A stretch of DNA of 64,000 nt from Nitrosopumilus sp. (GCA_965218695.1 OZ244651.1:2208001-2272000), one strand, 5' to 3'; counted from the first letter of the stretch, positions 9,531 through 20,026 are shown. Notes: generated from the letters alone by a model not told the origin. Made by a program: numbers and translations.

Positions 9531-11222
9531 ATGAAATATCCTGACTTGCTGCCTGCGGACCTTGCACGCGTGGGAACCGCAGAATCAAGAAAACTCAACC
9601 TCATAGTGGGCCAGCTGGTAACTGATGCCGTAAAGACGTCCCTAGGGCCCCGTGGGATGGAGAAGATCTTCACTGACATAATCGGCGAGGACACCATAAC
9701 CAAGCACGGAGGCGCGTTTCTGCGAAAAGTCGACGTCGAGCATCCTGTGGCCAAGGCGATCGTGGAAGGCGTCAACACGGTGGATACGCACGTGGGGGAC
9801 GGAACAGTCTCTGCTGCAATCCTGATAGGCTCCCTGCTCAAAAAGGCCGACGGGATGCTCAGTATGGGGCTGCAGCCTGCCACAATCATCAGGGGGTATG
9901 AGCGGGGACTGGATCTTGCACTGGAGACGCTTGACGGGGTAAAGGTGGCCAGGGATGCCTCGGACAGACATGTCCTGGAGCAGCTTGCAGCCTCGTGCCT
10001 TGGCGGAAAGGCCATAACCAGCCTGGTCTCTGATGCACAGGGGCTCCGGCAGATGATAGTTGATGCATGCTGCCATGTGGCCGATCTTCAGAACGGCTCC
10101 ATTGATGTTGATGACATCAAGATAGAAGAAAAGCTTGGAAACGCAAACGACATACAGCTGATCCGGGGAACCGTGCTTGACAAGACCATTGACAATGCGG
10201 CAATGCCACGGTGCGTTACCGATGCCAGGATACTGCTCCTCAACGAGCCGCTTGAGACTATGCGTACCAAGACTGATGATGCCATAGAGATAGACTCCCC
10301 GGAGCAGATGTCGCGCTTTCTTGAACAGGAGGTCATCGACGTGCGCAATATGGTACAGAAGATTATTGATTGCGGAGCCGGCGTGGTCGTGTCCCGAAAG
10401 GGGATAAATGACATTGCACAAGAGTGCCTTGCACAGGCCGGAATAATCTCGATAAGAAGGGCCAAGTATAATGATCTCTGGTGGCTTGAAAAGGCCACGG
10501 GAGCCTCTGTCTGCAAGAGTCTTGATACAGTGTCCTCCTCGGAATTGGGATATGCGCAGAAGGTGCATGAGAGGATGGTCGGCGACGAGAGGATGGTATT
10601 TGTAGAGGGCTGCAGGAATCCGCGCTCAGTGACCATCCTGCTGCGCTCAAACTCCAAGAGGTATCTTGACGAGTTCCACCGCAGCGCCCTCAATGCGCTG
10701 TTCGTACTGAGGGACTTTATCCAGACCCCGTACGTGGTGCCCGGATGCGGCTCCATCGAGGCGGTGCTGGCAGACAGAATCAAGGAGAGATCAGTCAGCA
10801 TAGGGGACAGGAGCCAGATTGCAGTTGCAATGTTTGCAGAAGCCCTGGAGGAGATCCCGTTGACCCTGGCAAGAAACGTCGGCATGGATCCGCTTGACAC
10901 ACTGACTGCCATCAGATCCCACTATGGGAATTCCCACGGCAGGTCCGGATGGTACGGCATAGACTCGGAGAGAAGGTCAGTCTCTGAGGTGTTTGGCACG
11001 GGGGTGATAGAGCCCCTTGTAGTCAAACAGCAGGTGCTAAAGACTGCAGCAGAGGTGTCTGTGATGATCCTCAACGTTGATGACATATTCATGAAAGACG
11101 AGATTGACAACACGCACTGCCACATAGACGGAACTGTCCACGCGCACCATGACGGCGGGAAGGCGCACAACCACTTTGAGCAGGAGGGGCTGGAGCAGAG
11201 GCAAATGCACCATTACTACTAG
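9531..11222 (+). CDS. Divergent group II chaperonin (thermosome paralog) with His-rich C-terminal tail
   Basis: TSLGPRG, GDGT, VIEPL..K motifs; tail THCHIDGTVHAHHDGGKAHNH..MHHYY. Confidence 0.9.
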   Translation: MKYPDLLPADLARVGTAESRKLNLIVGQLVTDAVKTSLGPRGMEKIFTDIIGEDTITKHGGAFLRKVDVEHPVAKAIVEGVNTVDTHVGDGTVSAAILIGSLLKKADGMLSMGLQPATIIRGYERGLDLALETLDGVKVARDASDRHVLEQLAASCLGGKAITSLVSDAQGLRQMIVDACCHVADLQNGSIDVDDIKIEEKLGNANDIQLIRGTVLDKTIDNAAMPRCVTDARILLLNEPLETMRTKTDDAIEIDSPEQMSRFLEQEVIDVRNMVQKIIDCGAGVVVSRKGINDIAQECLAQAGIISIRRAKYNDLWWLEKATGASVCKSLDTVSSSELGYAQKVHERMVGDERMVFVEGCRNPRSVTILLRSNSKRYLDEFHRSALNALFVLRDFIQTPYVVPGCGSIEAVLADRIKERSVSIGDRSQIAVAMFAEALEEIPLTLARNVGMDPLDTLTAIRSHYGNSHGRSGWYGIDSERRSVSEVFGTGVIEPLVVKQQVLKTAAEVSVMILNVDDIFMKDEIDNTHCHIDGTVHAHHDGGKAHNHFEQEGLEQRQMHHYY

Positions 11223-11253
11223 TACCGTTACATGTACGCCACGTCACACCAGG

Positions 11254-11988
11254 CTAGAGGATGCTGCCTGTAGTGAGTATGCCGTAGATTATGTGCGCCC
11301 CTATTGCAAGGCTGAATGCACCTGCCAGATACCTGGCAATCCTCTGTACGGACCCTGCCCTTGAGGTAAGGGCAAGCGGCAGGCCGATCAGATTGCTTAT
11401 CAGGGTCATGCCGATTATGGAACCGAGTCCGAATATGAGAATGAAGCTGATCACCATTCCTGCGCTGTCCAGCGTGACTGCAGTCAGGACGACCAGGCTG
11501 CCGCTGCCTGCAAGTCCGTGGATCAGCCCTATGATGTACGACTTGTGGCCGTGTCTGTGATCCGTGTGACTGTGCTCATGAACATGGAATGTTCCGTCAT
11601 CGTGTCTGTGGGGGTGCCTGTGCCTGAGGCTGAAGAGCCTCCTCCTGTCCAGTATTGTGACTGTCCCCAGTACGATAAGCATAACCCCCACTGCCGCCTC
11701 AAGGCCGGTAAAGACGTTATCCTGAATCTGTATTGCAAGGACGTACACCAACAGTCCCATTATGATCAGAGTCGTCGTGTGTCCTGCGCCCCACAGTATC
11801 CCGATTACCGATGACCGGGCTATCCCTTTTCGGACGACATCCCTGATCCGCCCGCCCGCCTTGGTCCCGGATGCCCTGGTGGCCACTGCTGCAACATGAT
11901 CCGATTCGAATGCGTGCTCCAGTCCTATGGCAAGGCCCAGTCCCAGTGCAAGCAGGGGACTAAAATCAAGCAGGTTCTCCAGTGTCAT
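11254..11988 (-). CDS. Nickel/cobalt transporter (NiCoT/UreH-like)
   Basis: HAFESDH, WGAGH, His-rich loop HRHPHRH..HVHEHSH, GLIHGLAGSG. Confidence 0.88.
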   Translation of the reverse strand: MTLENLLDFSPLLALGLGLAIGLEHAFESDHVAAVATRASGTKAGGRIRDVVRKGIARSSVIGILWGAGHTTTLIIMGLLVYVLAIQIQDNVFTGLEAAVGVMLIVLGTVTILDRRRLFSLRHRHPHRHDDGTFHVHEHSHTDHRHGHKSYIIGLIHGLAGSGSLVVLTAVTLDSAGMVISFILIFGLGSIIGMTLISNLIGLPLALTSRAGSVQRIARYLAGAFSLAIGAHIIYGILTTGSIL

Positions 11989-12088
11989 GGCACATCAGAA
12001 CCTGCATACCTTGTGCCAGTATTACCCATGCCGGCAATTCCCATGCCTGTGCACACCGGTACTGCCCTGACCCGAAAACCCGGACACA

Positions 12089-12460
12089 CTATGATCCCCT
12101 CAGGACATACCTGCTGATTCTTATCGGGGAGTCCAGATTCAGCACCGTCTCTGAATTACCGGATGTCATACGGAATACGAGCCTTCTCATGCTCTCCGGA
12201 ACCCCAATCATGACATTGTCAGGTGAGATGAGATCGCGTACCTGCTCCCTTGCGTCATCTGTACTCACTCCTGCTGCGATCTGCCTCATGACGTATGCTG
12301 CCATTGCCATTACTGCCTCGTTTATGTTGATGCGTATGCCTCCCTGAATCTTCCTGTCGATGGCCTTTGCCGACTCTAGCACCACATCCTGGCCATACCC
12401 TGAAAAGATGATCATTGGCTGCGTGTCCGGGTCGCCTTGAACCTCTGCGCTGAACCTCAT
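12089..12460 (-). CDS. Urease gamma-subunit-like protein (orphan)
   Basis: GIRININEAV..LISPDNVMIGVPES..SPI resembles UreA GLKLNxxEA..DDVMEGVPEM..PI; ATGA overlap with upstream ureohydrolase. Confidence 0.7.
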   Translation of the reverse strand: MRFSAEVQGDPDTQPMIIFSGYGQDVVLESAKAIDRKIQGGIRININEAVMAMAAYVMRQIAAGVSTDDAREQVRDLISPDNVMIGVPESMRRLVFRMTSGNSETVLNLDSPIRISRYVLRGS

Positions 12461-13575
12461 TGCCTGTCCGGAATCTCTGCACGCGGGCCGTCACTGAAGT
12501 GGTATGTGTTGCCCGTTCCCCTGTAGCTGTTGGGCCTCACGGGACTTCCGTCCTCCAGCCCCCTCTTTGTCAGGGAGAGACCTGCAAGCAGCTCGACTAT
12601 GAGCCTCTGGCCAAGTCCGGATGTTATTCCCCCGTTGTACGAACTGTTGTCGCTGACATCATACGCAGGTGCGACTTCCACCAGATCCATGGCGAACCTG
12701 TCCGGATCAAAGGACTTTGAGAGGAGCCTTACCATCCTCATTCCTTCCCTGGATGTGAGGCCGTTGGGTTCGGGCTCGCCGGTACCAGGGGCATATGCCG
12801 GATCAAACGAGTCAATGTCCCAGCTAAGGTACACTGCATCGGTCCCGTCGTTGGCCCTGTCTGCAATCTCCTTTGCTATCATGTCGATTCCAAGCTCTTC
12901 TACATCCAGCATGGTAAACCACTGGAAGTCCTGGTCAGACATCCACTTGTACAGGTCCGGTCCCGGCCAGTATCCGCGTGGACCCACCAAGGTGTAGTTC
13001 TTTCCCTTCATGCAGCCCATCTCCATTATCCGCCGGATGTGCGCGCCATGATCGTACTTGTAGCCTGTGAGTCCCTGTGGCGCGCAGTCTGCGTGGGTAT
13101 CAAAATGAATCATGCCTATGTTTTTGTATTTTTTTGCAAACGCCCTGACATTGGCATATGTAATCGAGTGATCGCCTCCAAGCATTACCGGTATGCCCTC
13201 CTCGTCAAGCACCTCCTTGACCTTCTTTGTCATGCGCTTGTGCGACTCTATGACATCTCCGGGGGAGACATGGACGTCTCCGTAGTCTACCGTCCTGAAC
13301 GTTCCAAACGGATCCGCCCCTGTCTCAATGTTGAATCTCTCGTACGGGGGGGACGGAATCGTTGATGCGGCGCGGAGTGCCCTCGGGCCGTACCTTGCCC
13401 CCGGACGGATCGTGGTCCCAAAATCAAACGGTTCGCCAATCACGGCAACGTCAGGCTTTGCCTGCTTTAGCTCCTCGTGCGTTCTTATCCATGGCAGGTG
13501 CAAAAACGTATTGATGCCTACGAACGGCGCAACATCGGCACCCCTGTAATCATCACCATAAAACTCCATGCCCAT
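12457..13575 (-). CDS. Ureohydrolase (agmatinase/guanidinase superfamily)
   Basis: RPGARYGP, GGDHS, FDTHAD, WDIDSFDP, PGTGEPE; all binuclear metal ligands present; start 13575 or 13569. Confidence 0.92.
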   Translation of the reverse strand: MGMEFYGDDYRGADVAPFVGINTFLHLPWIRTHEELKQAKPDVAVIGEPFDFGTTIRPGARYGPRALRAASTIPSPPYERFNIETGADPFGTFRTVDYGDVHVSPGDVIESHKRMTKKVKEVLDEEGIPVMLGGDHSITYANVRAFAKKYKNIGMIHFDTHADCAPQGLTGYKYDHGAHIRRIMEMGCMKGKNYTLVGPRGYWPGPDLYKWMSDQDFQWFTMLDVEELGIDMIAKEIADRANDGTDAVYLSWDIDSFDPAYAPGTGEPEPNGLTSREGMRMVRLLSKSFDPDRFAMDLVEVAPAYDVSDNSSYNGGITSGLGQRLIVELLAGLSLTKRGLEDGSPVRPNSYRGTGNTYHFSDGPRAEIPDRQ

Positions 13576-13723
13576 GACACCCAATCTGTAAATTTGATAA
13601 TTAAAGATTCTAGGTAAACTACGCATGTTATATCATTGCCGGTTCATGTGGCATGATGGGATAAATTTCGGAATATGTAATGTACGATTTAACTATAAAA
13701 ATAATATTTGTCAAAATACCATT

Positions 13724-14966
13724 GATGATAGGTGCATCCAAGAGTTCGACTGACTACATGAACGAGGGTCTGACTGCAGTATACTATAACGAGTTCAAAA
13801 AGGCCGTATCAAAGTTTGACCGGGCAGTCTCAATTGATCCGGAAAACATCGTGGCGCAGCTTCACAGGGGCATCACGCTTGGCAAGATTGGTCGCCACAA
13901 GGATGCCGTGGCATGCTTTGATGCAGTCCTTGATGCTGATCCCAAGAATCTTGATGCGCTGTACAACCGCGGCCTGTGCTTGGAAAAGATGAAGCAATAC
14001 GAGGAGGCCGTAGACTGCCTTGCCGAATCCCTCAGAGTCGATCCCGGGTTCCTGGACTCCCTGACTGAGACCGGTGTGTGCCTTGGCAGGATGGGAAGAA
14101 ACAAGGAGGCCCTGGAGATGATTGAGCGTGCGCTGGACATCGATCCGAAATACTCTGCTGCGTTATACAACAAGAGCCTGATCCTGGGACGGTTGGGCAG
14201 AAAGGCTGAGGCAATGTCATTCCTGCAGGACGCAATCGAGGAGGATTCCAGACAGTCTGATGCAGTATATCAGGAGGGACAAAAGCTTGCCCAGGAAGGA
14301 AAGCACAAGGAGGCAATACGGCTGTACACCCACGCCCTGGAGATTGACGGCAAGAATACTGAGGCTCTGGTTGCAAAGGGATGGACCCTTGACTTTGCAG
14401 GATTCTCAAACAAGGACGTATTCGTATTCTATGACAAGGCACTGGAGATAGACCCGCATTGTACAGATGCCTGGCTGCACAAGGGACTGGTGCTGGACAG
14501 GACGGGCCTGTACAAAAAGGCAGTAAAGTGCTTTGATCGCATCCTGGAGTATGATTCGCAAAATGTCAGGGCGCTTTACAGCAAGGGCATATCGCTCTTC
14601 TCGCTCAAACGCTTTGGGGCCGCGCGGTTCTACTGCGAGTGCGCCCTGGAGGCCGACCCCAAGAACATCCAAGCCCTATGCAGCATGGTGTGGCTTTTGG
14701 AGCATGCAAAAAAATACAACGAGGCGCTGGCCTACTGCGAGCAGGCGCTGAAGATCAATCCAAACTATGTCTACGCCGTAAGCTACAAGGGAAAGCTGCT
14801 CATGCGGCTCAAGCGGTATGCCGAGTCCCTGGAGTGGTACGACAAGACGCTGGCCCTTGCGCCTGACAACCAGACTGCAATATACCACAGGAACATGGTT
14901 ATTGATGCAATCGAAAAGGCCAAGAAGGATGATTCTGCATCCAGAAGGTTCTTCCCAAGATTATAA
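13724..14966 (+). CDS. Tetratricopeptide-repeat protein (~11 TPRs)
   Basis: Repeated 34-aa units ending in A..FD.AL.IDP; start uncertain. Confidence 0.9.
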
Positions 14967-15609
14967 ACTTCTGCACGGTGCGGATACGCGTCAAGTCCGG
15001 ATGACGCAAATGAAATTTTAAATTATAATCCTTGCCGTTGACTTTGAAATTGGATGTCTGATGCTGCCGCGTCAACCATTCATGCAAACAATAGTCAGGC
15101 TACCCGCACGACAGCAATGCAGAAGCTGATTTATTTTCATATCGGCATGATCAAAAATTTGGACTTAATTATACCAACCATTTCTATGGCATTTTATGTC
15201 TTGGATGGCTCATCCACAAGGGCTCAATATTCCACAGACTGCATAAGGGAAGCTGCTAGGTGTTTTGGCTGGAAGGTCTTTCTGGTGGCACAACAAGGAT
15301 TTACACTGCTTGATCCTCAAGCTTGCCACCTTCCAACACGCATCCGGGATTTACAACCACAAGAATCCCTTTGCTTTTATTGACATTTCTGCATTGGAAA
15401 CCAAAACAGCCGACACTGAAATTTTTCAAGGCTTTAATTCATCAAGCCTTCCAATTCCTGATACTGTCACATGGCCCAAAACGATTACCACGTACATCCA
15501 AACCCGGAATATTCCTGCCGGTTGCACGCGCCGTGTGCGGCAATCCGTCATGCCAGACCGGAGATCCGTCTCCGCTAATCTTTTAAACTGTATTCTGACC
15601 AGTTGAATC

Positions 15610-16077
15610 ATGATCTCCAAGAGAACCGTCATTGGAATGATAGCCGGGTGCATAATAATTGGAATCGGAGCAGCCTCCCTTGCAGTGCACATAGGACCCA
15701 TCACAGTCAACGAGTCCTACGGACTAGTAGTGGGAGATTCGACGCTCTACACGATTCCGGCACCGGCAGGCACTGTACAGACCATGCAGATTACCGGCGA
15801 GTCCTTTGATCTCAAACTGGAGATTCCAGGAGACGACCGGCCTGTATCCCGCACCTCCTACAAGGACGGGGTGGATTTGAACTGGACCCACATATCTGAA
15901 GGCCCAAGCATACTCCAGATTCAGAACACGGGGGGGACGGATCTTGAGATTAGAGGCGTATTGGTTAGAAGCTCGGATCCAATCTGGTTCACATACGATC
16001 TCATGGTGATGATATCAGGCGTGGTCATAATCGGGTTCAGCATGGGCTTTACCATGCGAAAGCCCAAGGGATTCTAG
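15610..16077 (+). CDS. Membrane-anchored hypothetical protein
   Basis: N- and C-terminal TM helices. Confidence 0.8.
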   Translation: MISKRTVIGMIAGCIIIGIGAASLAVHIGPITVNESYGLVVGDSTLYTIPAPAGTVQTMQITGESFDLKLEIPGDDRPVSRTSYKDGVDLNWTHISEGPSILQIQNTGGTDLEIRGVLVRSSDPIWFTYDLMVMISGVVIIGFSMGFTMRKPKGF

Positions 16078-16889
16078 CCTGTATGTGCAGACGGATACGA
16101 ACCCAGCACCTTCATGAACAGCGTCTGCGACCTTATCTTCTCAAGCATGCCGGCCACGCGCGGATCTGATGCGTGCCCGTCAAAGTCAACGTAAAAGTTG
16201 TACTCCCAGGTACTTGTCTGGGTGGGCCTTGACTCTATCTTTGTCAGGTTAATGTTGTTGTCGTGGAATTTTTCAATTATTCGAAACAGTGAACCAGGCT
16301 CGTGTTTTATGGAAAATATCAGCGAGGTCTTGTCCTTCCCGGTGGCCTGCCGTCTCCCCTTTGAGAGTATCAGAAACCTTGTATAGTTATTGGGATTGTC
16401 TGCGATGCCGACTGCCACCACCGGCACACCGTGTATCTCCGATGCCCTCCTGCTGGCAATGCATGCACAATCACTCCTGCCCATCTTCTTGATTATTTTT
16501 ACGCTTCCTGCTGTATCATGTGTTGAAATTGGCTTGATGTGGTTCCTCTCAATGAACCCCTTGCACTGTCCGAGGGCCTGCGGATGGGAGTATACGGTGT
16601 CTATCTCTTCAAGGCTGCCGGTGCCGATCAGGCAGTGCTCTATCCTGTGGTAGATCTCCCCGGTTGCATTCAGCGGAGTGGAGTACAGCAGATCGTAACT
16701 TCTGCCGACGCTTCCCTCTATGGAGTTCTCTATGGGAAGAACCGTATATTCTGTTCTTCCCTCTGCCGTGCTCGTGAGGGCCTCGTCAAACGTTTCACAC
16801 GGCACTGCCGTTGTCTCCGGGCCAAGAAACTGCACGGCTGCATCCTCGCTGTACGCGCCACGCTCTCCCGGGAATGATACCTCCGTCAT
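16074..16889 (-). CDS. pheA: Prephenate dehydratase
   Basis: GERGAYSE, PIENSIEGSV, SHPQALGQC, NYTRF, LTKIESRP + ACT domain; start MTEVSF. Confidence 0.95.
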   Translation of the reverse strand: MTEVSFPGERGAYSEDAAVQFLGPETTAVPCETFDEALTSTAEGRTEYTVLPIENSIEGSVGRSYDLLYSTPLNATGEIYHRIEHCLIGTGSLEEIDTVYSHPQALGQCKGFIERNHIKPISTHDTAGSVKIIKKMGRSDCACIASRRASEIHGVPVVAVGIADNPNNYTRFLILSKGRRQATGKDKTSLIFSIKHEPGSLFRIIEKFHDNNINLTKIESRPTQTSTWEYNFYVDFDGHASDPRVAGMLEKIRSQTLFMKVLGSYPSAHTG

Positions 16890-17443
16890 CTGTTTTCTCT
16901 TAGGTTTACAAACTCGCCGTTGCCAAAGTTTGAGGAGAGCTTTCTCTCGTCGATCCACGAGCACTCCCTGCACTTTATGGCGTCCCGCATGGGCATCACC
17001 TCGCGCCCGCACTTTCTGCACTTGGTAAACAACACTCCAAGATGGGACTCGTCGATCGTGGCGTGGATGGTGCCGTTGAGATGGCTGAGAATTCTCAGCG
17101 TTACTATGTCGCCTGCCAGCGCTATGTTCCTCCTTCTGATGTTTCTAGTTGAGCATACGCATTCCACCTTGGACGTGGTGGGTTTGCCGTTGATATAGTC
17201 TATGGAGATTGCAATCATTGATGACATTACTGCAGCCACAGTCCCCACGATGACATCGCCCGGATTGGGCACGGAGAGGAGTTTTGGGTGGCTTATGCTG
17301 GCAACGCGCGCTGCCTTGTCAATGTGTGTTCGGCCCACTGTTGCTGCCCGGACCATGCTTCCGTCATCAAACGTGTTCCTGCCTGCCTCGTACTCTTCGA
17401 TGGATGATATGGCATCCCCTGGAAATATTACATTTTCAGACAT
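16886..17443 (-). CDS. csl4: Exosome RNA-binding protein Csl4
   Basis: PGD..EEY..G, S1 domain, C-terminal CxxC..CxxC..ERK. Confidence 0.9.
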   Translation of the reverse strand: MSENVIFPGDAISSIEEYEAGRNTFDDGSMVRAATVGRTHIDKAARVASISHPKLLSVPNPGDVIVGTVAAVMSSMIAISIDYINGKPTTSKVECVCSTRNIRRRNIALAGDIVTLRILSHLNGTIHATIDESHLGVLFTKCRKCGREVMPMRDAIKCRECSWIDERKLSSNFGNGEFVNLRENR

Positions 17444-17572
17444 GCATGGGGTCTGTCTGCTGTGATTATAATTGTTTGTGGAATCGTCAGCTAAGCGAAA
17501 AGTGCCTCATCTGAGATCAGGTATACCAAAAGTGAAAAGTTGATGCGATTGTCACATATTTTACCGCATCTA

Positions 17573-18581
17573 GAGTTATACCAATTTCACGTCCCACAGT
17601 CAATGAAGATCAAGACGATGTTGAAAAGATACACCGCTGAGACAGACTGCGATACCAAGGACCGCATGATGCTGATCATCAGAGTCAAACGTGATGGAAT
17701 AACCATGAGGGATTCTGCAAAATCCCTGGGAAAGTCAGCCTCGTGGGGCTACAAGTGGCATGAGCGCTACCTGGAAGTCGGATTTGACAGGCTGGGAAAC
17801 ATGCCGCGCTCCGGCAGGCCGACCAAGGCGAGCAAGGCAGACATGAAGAAGATCAGAAAGGCCGCATGCAGTAAACCGGTCTGGACGGGCAGGGAGATGC
17901 AGCAATACATCCAACAGAAGACCGGAGTAAAGTACGAACTCGGATATGTGCGCCAGATACTGCGCGGGTGGGGCTATTCCCAAAAGGTTCCCGTAGGAAA
18001 ACATGCAAGAAGGGCACCTGACGAGGAGATCAGGAAATTCCAAAAAGAGATGCCAGAGATTATAAAAAAAGAACAGTGAAGGAACAGTCGTAGCGATACA
18101 GGACGAGTCCATAGTAATCTCCGATGCGCGGCCGCGAAGACGCGGCTACACCAGGAAGGGAATACGGGCGTTTTTCACGTACACCGGCTCACACTCCAAG
18201 ACGATAATCCATGGACTAATCACCACGGACGGCAGGGGCATGTTCCGGCAGTACGATGCGTTTACCAAGGACACCTTTGAGGACTTTCTAAGGCAGGCGA
18301 TGTACAGGTTCAAGAAGATCTGCCTGATCATGGACAAGGCCTCCCAGCACAGGGCATCAAACATACGCAAACTGCTTGATGGCACAGACGGCCTGGAGAT
18401 AATCTTCCTGCCAACTGCAACCCCGGACCTGAGCGCCATAGAGACGTACTGGAGGGATCTCAAACGGGCAGTGCTTGACGTGCCGTACACCAGCCTGAGC
18501 ATGCTCCGCGAGGCGATCACCCGGTACACGAGGTACAAAAAACCGAATCTGGTAGTCGAGAATTTTCTGTACAGGGCCATC
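17573..18581 (+). mobile_element. IS630-family element; transposase split by a frameshift at ~18064-18070
   Basis: HTH ORF ends at 18079; DDE part (QDES..DKAS..E) in +1 frame to 18584; TA/CTAG on both sides; TIRs poorly matched. Confidence 0.85.
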
Positions 18582-18738
18582 TAGAACGACATCAAACCGC
18601 ACCGGATCCACGCCGCCTAGCGTGTGCCATGCACGGCGCACCAGAGCATGCAATGTCTAATGTTCGGGGCGTCTTTTCTCGTCATTTGGGAATTCAACGC
18701 ACCTCGTAATTTCCAGAGACGGCTGTTGCATCAAAAAT

Positions 18739-19908
18739 TTATGAGCGATTTTGATATGAATTTTTCATTGCTGGTATAGGCGGTTTGGACTGGCGTATGA
18801 GGAGTGATTCCAACTGCACCTTGAACGTGAGCATGGTCATGACACTCTGCCTTTCGGTACCGTCAGAAAGCATTGCCCTGACGATTATCCATTCATTGTA
18901 CAATGTTAGGGAATAGTAAAAACACAACATCCGCGATTCCATGTCCGAAATCCGCGTCTTGGCCCTGCACTCCTCGATTTTACCGTACCCGGTCTCTATT
19001 CCCCATCTTTTGGCATAAGCCTCCGTCTTGATTGTGGGGTGGTTTGTTGCAAACCCGATGTATTTCTCTTCCGGGACATCAGGGTCTTTGGCGTTTTTTC
19101 TTTCAGTTATTATCATGGAATATTCGACGGAGCCCTGGTTGTTCTCAATCACGTTTGTTGAGATCCTTTCCCTCTTTCCTTGTGCAAAATCCTGCAGGGC
19201 TTCCACCACGTTGGGCGTGTTCCTGCACGGCATCAGGTACCTTACGCCGTTTGCCCGCAGCCTGCTTATCGTGTCGACTGAGAAGAATTCCCGGTCAAGC
19301 AGCGCCAGGCGGATCCTGATGCCCATCCCTGCCATGGTCTTGAGGACTGCATCCACGTAATCAGGCACGAATTCGAGCCTTTTGAGGTATGATGCTGCAA
19401 GGACCATGCGCATCTTGTCGTTTACGCACTGGACTGTCATGTAACGCTCAAAATACGTGGTTCCGTTTTTGTATTTGGAACGGGTCAGCTCCCCTCCGGG
19501 TGCCCGGTCATAACGCGGTATGAGGTGCATGTCGATTGCGATGTCCAGTCCTTCTTTTGGGAATTTGCCCAGTTTTTTGAATGTGTCAAGTTGCACTGCC
19601 ACCATTTCTTCGAATGCGCGCTGAACCGTGCCCTGCTCCATCCCCTTGATTGCCGATGCATGCCACCTGTCGGAGGGAGCGTCGCAGTGCGTGCGCTTTA
19701 CCGCGTTTGCGCACCCGCCTACGGACGAATCCATGGTGGCTCCCCTCAGCATGCCGTGATTTAGATCGTCTGTTCCAAATACCGCATTGTACCTGTTTGA
19801 CGTGTTGGCGCAGGCAAGCATGTTTTTCATGCCGCTTGCGACATCTTGATATATTCTTGGATTGTTCAGTAGATCGCGGCCCTGCTTGGTTTTTTGTCTA
19901 GACAACAA
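18739..19908 (-). CDS. ISH3-family transposase
   Basis: AIDMH, LLDREF, YAKRWGIETGY (YREK-like). Confidence 0.9.
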   Translation of the reverse strand: MLSRQKTKQGRDLLNNPRIYQDVASGMKNMLACANTSNRYNAVFGTDDLNHGMLRGATMDSSVGGCANAVKRTHCDAPSDRWHASAIKGMEQGTVQRAFEEMVAVQLDTFKKLGKFPKEGLDIAIDMHLIPRYDRAPGGELTRSKYKNGTTYFERYMTVQCVNDKMRMVLAASYLKRLEFVPDYVDAVLKTMAGMGIRIRLALLDREFFSVDTISRLRANGVRYLMPCRNTPNVVEALQDFAQGKRERISTNVIENNQGSVEYSMIITERKNAKDPDVPEEKYIGFATNHPTIKTEAYAKRWGIETGYGKIEECRAKTRISDMESRMLCFYYSLTLYNEWIIVRAMLSDGTERQSVMTMLTFKVQLESLLIRQSKPPIPAMKNSYQNRS

Positions 19909-20026
19909 AAACCATAGGGCCGTACCCTTATTGATCTGCTTGCATTCTTGTCAGATTTTGCCTAGATCAAAGCACATTTCGCTTAGCTGAATCGTCTGTG
20001 ACCTGTTAACAAAAACAAGCTTGTTG

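Larger units (their letters stand above)
17488..19989 (-). mobile_element. ISH3-family element with nested IS630
   Basis: TIR CAGCTAAGCGAAA(A/T)GTGC at both ends; direct repeat AATCGT on both flanks. Confidence 0.9.

Noticed and set aside
12089-12460. Functional urease operon (ureA)
   Set aside because: No ureB/ureC/ureDEFG in the window and the protein is divergent, so no gene symbol was assigned.
12457-13575. Calling the gene speB or gdmH
   Set aside because: Substrate-site motif PGTGEPE fits neither as I recall them; substrate cannot be assigned from sequence alone.
14970-15600. Short ORFs in the TPR-to-15610 gap
   Set aside because: No recognisable motifs; overlapping frames with stops; possibly a decayed remnant.
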